DNA of 24,000 nucleotides from Candidatus Borrarchaeum weybense (GTDB lineage Archaea; Asgardarchaeota; Sifarchaeia; Borrarchaeales; Borrarchaeaceae): NCBI GenBank assembly GCA_019057385.1, contig JAHQJS010000004.1, positions 340,535 to 364,534 of the forward strand, read 5' to 3'. Shown piece by piece: positions 23,266 to 24,000 of this stretch (position 1 is its first letter; each line of letters starts with the position of its first letter). The notes under the pieces were generated by a model. It saw only the letters and a program-made list of their open reading frames with translations, ran no database searches and was not told where the DNA came from. The position numbers and the translations under genes were made by a program.

Positions 23266-24000
23266 TTGGCAAGATTTGTCATTATGTCTGACTCCCACAT
23301 CACGGAAGGTCAAGAGTTTAACAAAGATATTTTCAAAATGGGGGTAGACTTAATCTGTTCTATTAAAGCCGATTTTTATTTTCATTTAGGAGATATAGTC
23401 GAATCAGGAACACTTGCAGACTATAAATTAGCTGAAGAACTCCTCCTACCGATAAAAAACAGACTTATTTTCATTCCTGGAAATCATGATGCCAGAAATG
23501 TAGGAGATCGCTTATACGGGGAATTTTATGGAGACAGGGAATTTGAGATGGAAACAAAAATCGATGGGACAAAGTTTTATATCACTGGATTAGACAGTTC
23601 AATTCCGGATCAGAATAGTGGACGCGTTGGACGTCGATCTCGGCATACTCTTTCTAAAAGATTGGATCAACTAGATGACGATTTAATCAAAGTAGTTGTG
23701 TTTCATCATCATTTACTCCCAATTCCCAATACTGGAAGGGAACGTTCTACTATCGATGATGCAGGAGATATGTTAAAAGTTTTGCTGGATTACGATGTGG
23801 ATATAGTGATAAATGGTCATCGCCACATTTCTAACGTTTATAAGATAACTGACGGTAGCCATGAACTGATTGTAATCAACAATGGAACCTTTTCTGCTAA
23901 TAAAACACGATATCGTGAACTTCATTCCTTCTCGATTATAAACGTCATTCCTGAGGAAGTAACAACAAGCAGAATTCAAATCTATACGAATAAAGAAAAG
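23266..24000 (+). CDS. Calcineurin-like metallophosphoesterase, 3'-truncated by the window edge; absent from the ORF track
   Basis: Hand translation from the TTG at 23266 (GAGGGAA upstream; alternative ATG at 23284) gives '(M)ARFVIMSDSHIT...HLGDIVESG...FIPGNHDARN...VVFHHHLLP...INGHRHISN', the canonical DxH / GD / GNHD / H / GHxH motif series. The frame is open to nt 24000. Confidence 0.8.
   Translation, partial: MARFVIMSDSHITEGQEFNKDIFKMGVDLICSIKADFYFHLGDIVESGTLADYKLAEELLLPIKNRLIFIPGNHDARNVGDRLYGEFYGDREFEMETKIDGTKFYITGLDSSIPDQNSGRVGRRSRHTLSKRLDQLDDDLIKVVVFHHHLLPIPNTGRERSTIDDAGDMLKVLLDYDVDIVINGHRHISNVYKITDGSHELIVINNGTFSANKTRYRELHSFSIINVIPEEVTTSRIQIYTNKEK

Noticed and set aside
23773-23979. 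68-aa minus-strand ORF
   Set aside because: It is antisense to the metallophosphoesterase frame, which carries the full DxH/GD/GNHD/H/GHxH motif series.
1-24000. CRISPR array accompanying the RAMP and Cas1-like genes
   Set aside because: I looked for evenly spaced 25-40-nt direct repeats in all non-coding stretches (885-1230, 5242-5694, 7936-8106, 8674-8935, 11916-12287, 16559-16973, 20776-20899) and found none. An array may still lie outside the window.

Overview
AT-rich archaeal chromosomal segment. It is very probably from an Asgard-lineage genome, because it encodes a clear ESCRT-II Vps22/SNF8 (EAP30) homologue next to a typical archaeal ribosomal-protein cluster. Shine-Dalgarno-like GGAG/GAGG motifs and TTG/GTG starts are frequent. 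I see four blocks. (1) 1 to ~8.9 kb is an accessory, defence-like island. It holds a Cas7-type RAMP gene, a 1336-aa ORF fusing a Hel308/Ski2-type helicase, a wHTH, Cys clusters and a Cas1-like integrase domain, a protein of 16 TPRs plus a PD-(D/E)xK (Mrr-like) nuclease, a decayed HhH-GPD glycosylase gene, and a 41-codon ftsY 5' remnant that marks where a conserved operon was broken. (2) 8.9-11.9 kb is the conserved archaeal cluster pfdA, LX, aIF6, L31e, L39e, PDCD5-like and S19e. Here aIF6 is inverted, and L39e is missing from the ORF track. (3) 12.3-19.9 kb is the most unusual part. A tight three-gene operon encodes a multi-Zn-ribbon/beta-sandwich protein, the Vps22/EAP30 homologue and a Zn-ribbon SPFH protein. 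It is divergently paired with a 990-aa polytopic membrane protein that ends in a Zn ribbon. This is a candidate undescribed membrane-associated module outside the canonical ESCRT context. (4) 20-24 kb encodes a glycerophosphodiester phosphodiesterase, cyclic 2,3-diphosphoglycerate synthetase, 2-phosphoglycerate kinase and a 3'-truncated metallophosphoesterase. I could not recognise any rRNA, tRNA or CRISPR array. All family assignments come from motif and colinearity recall by eye; no searches were run.
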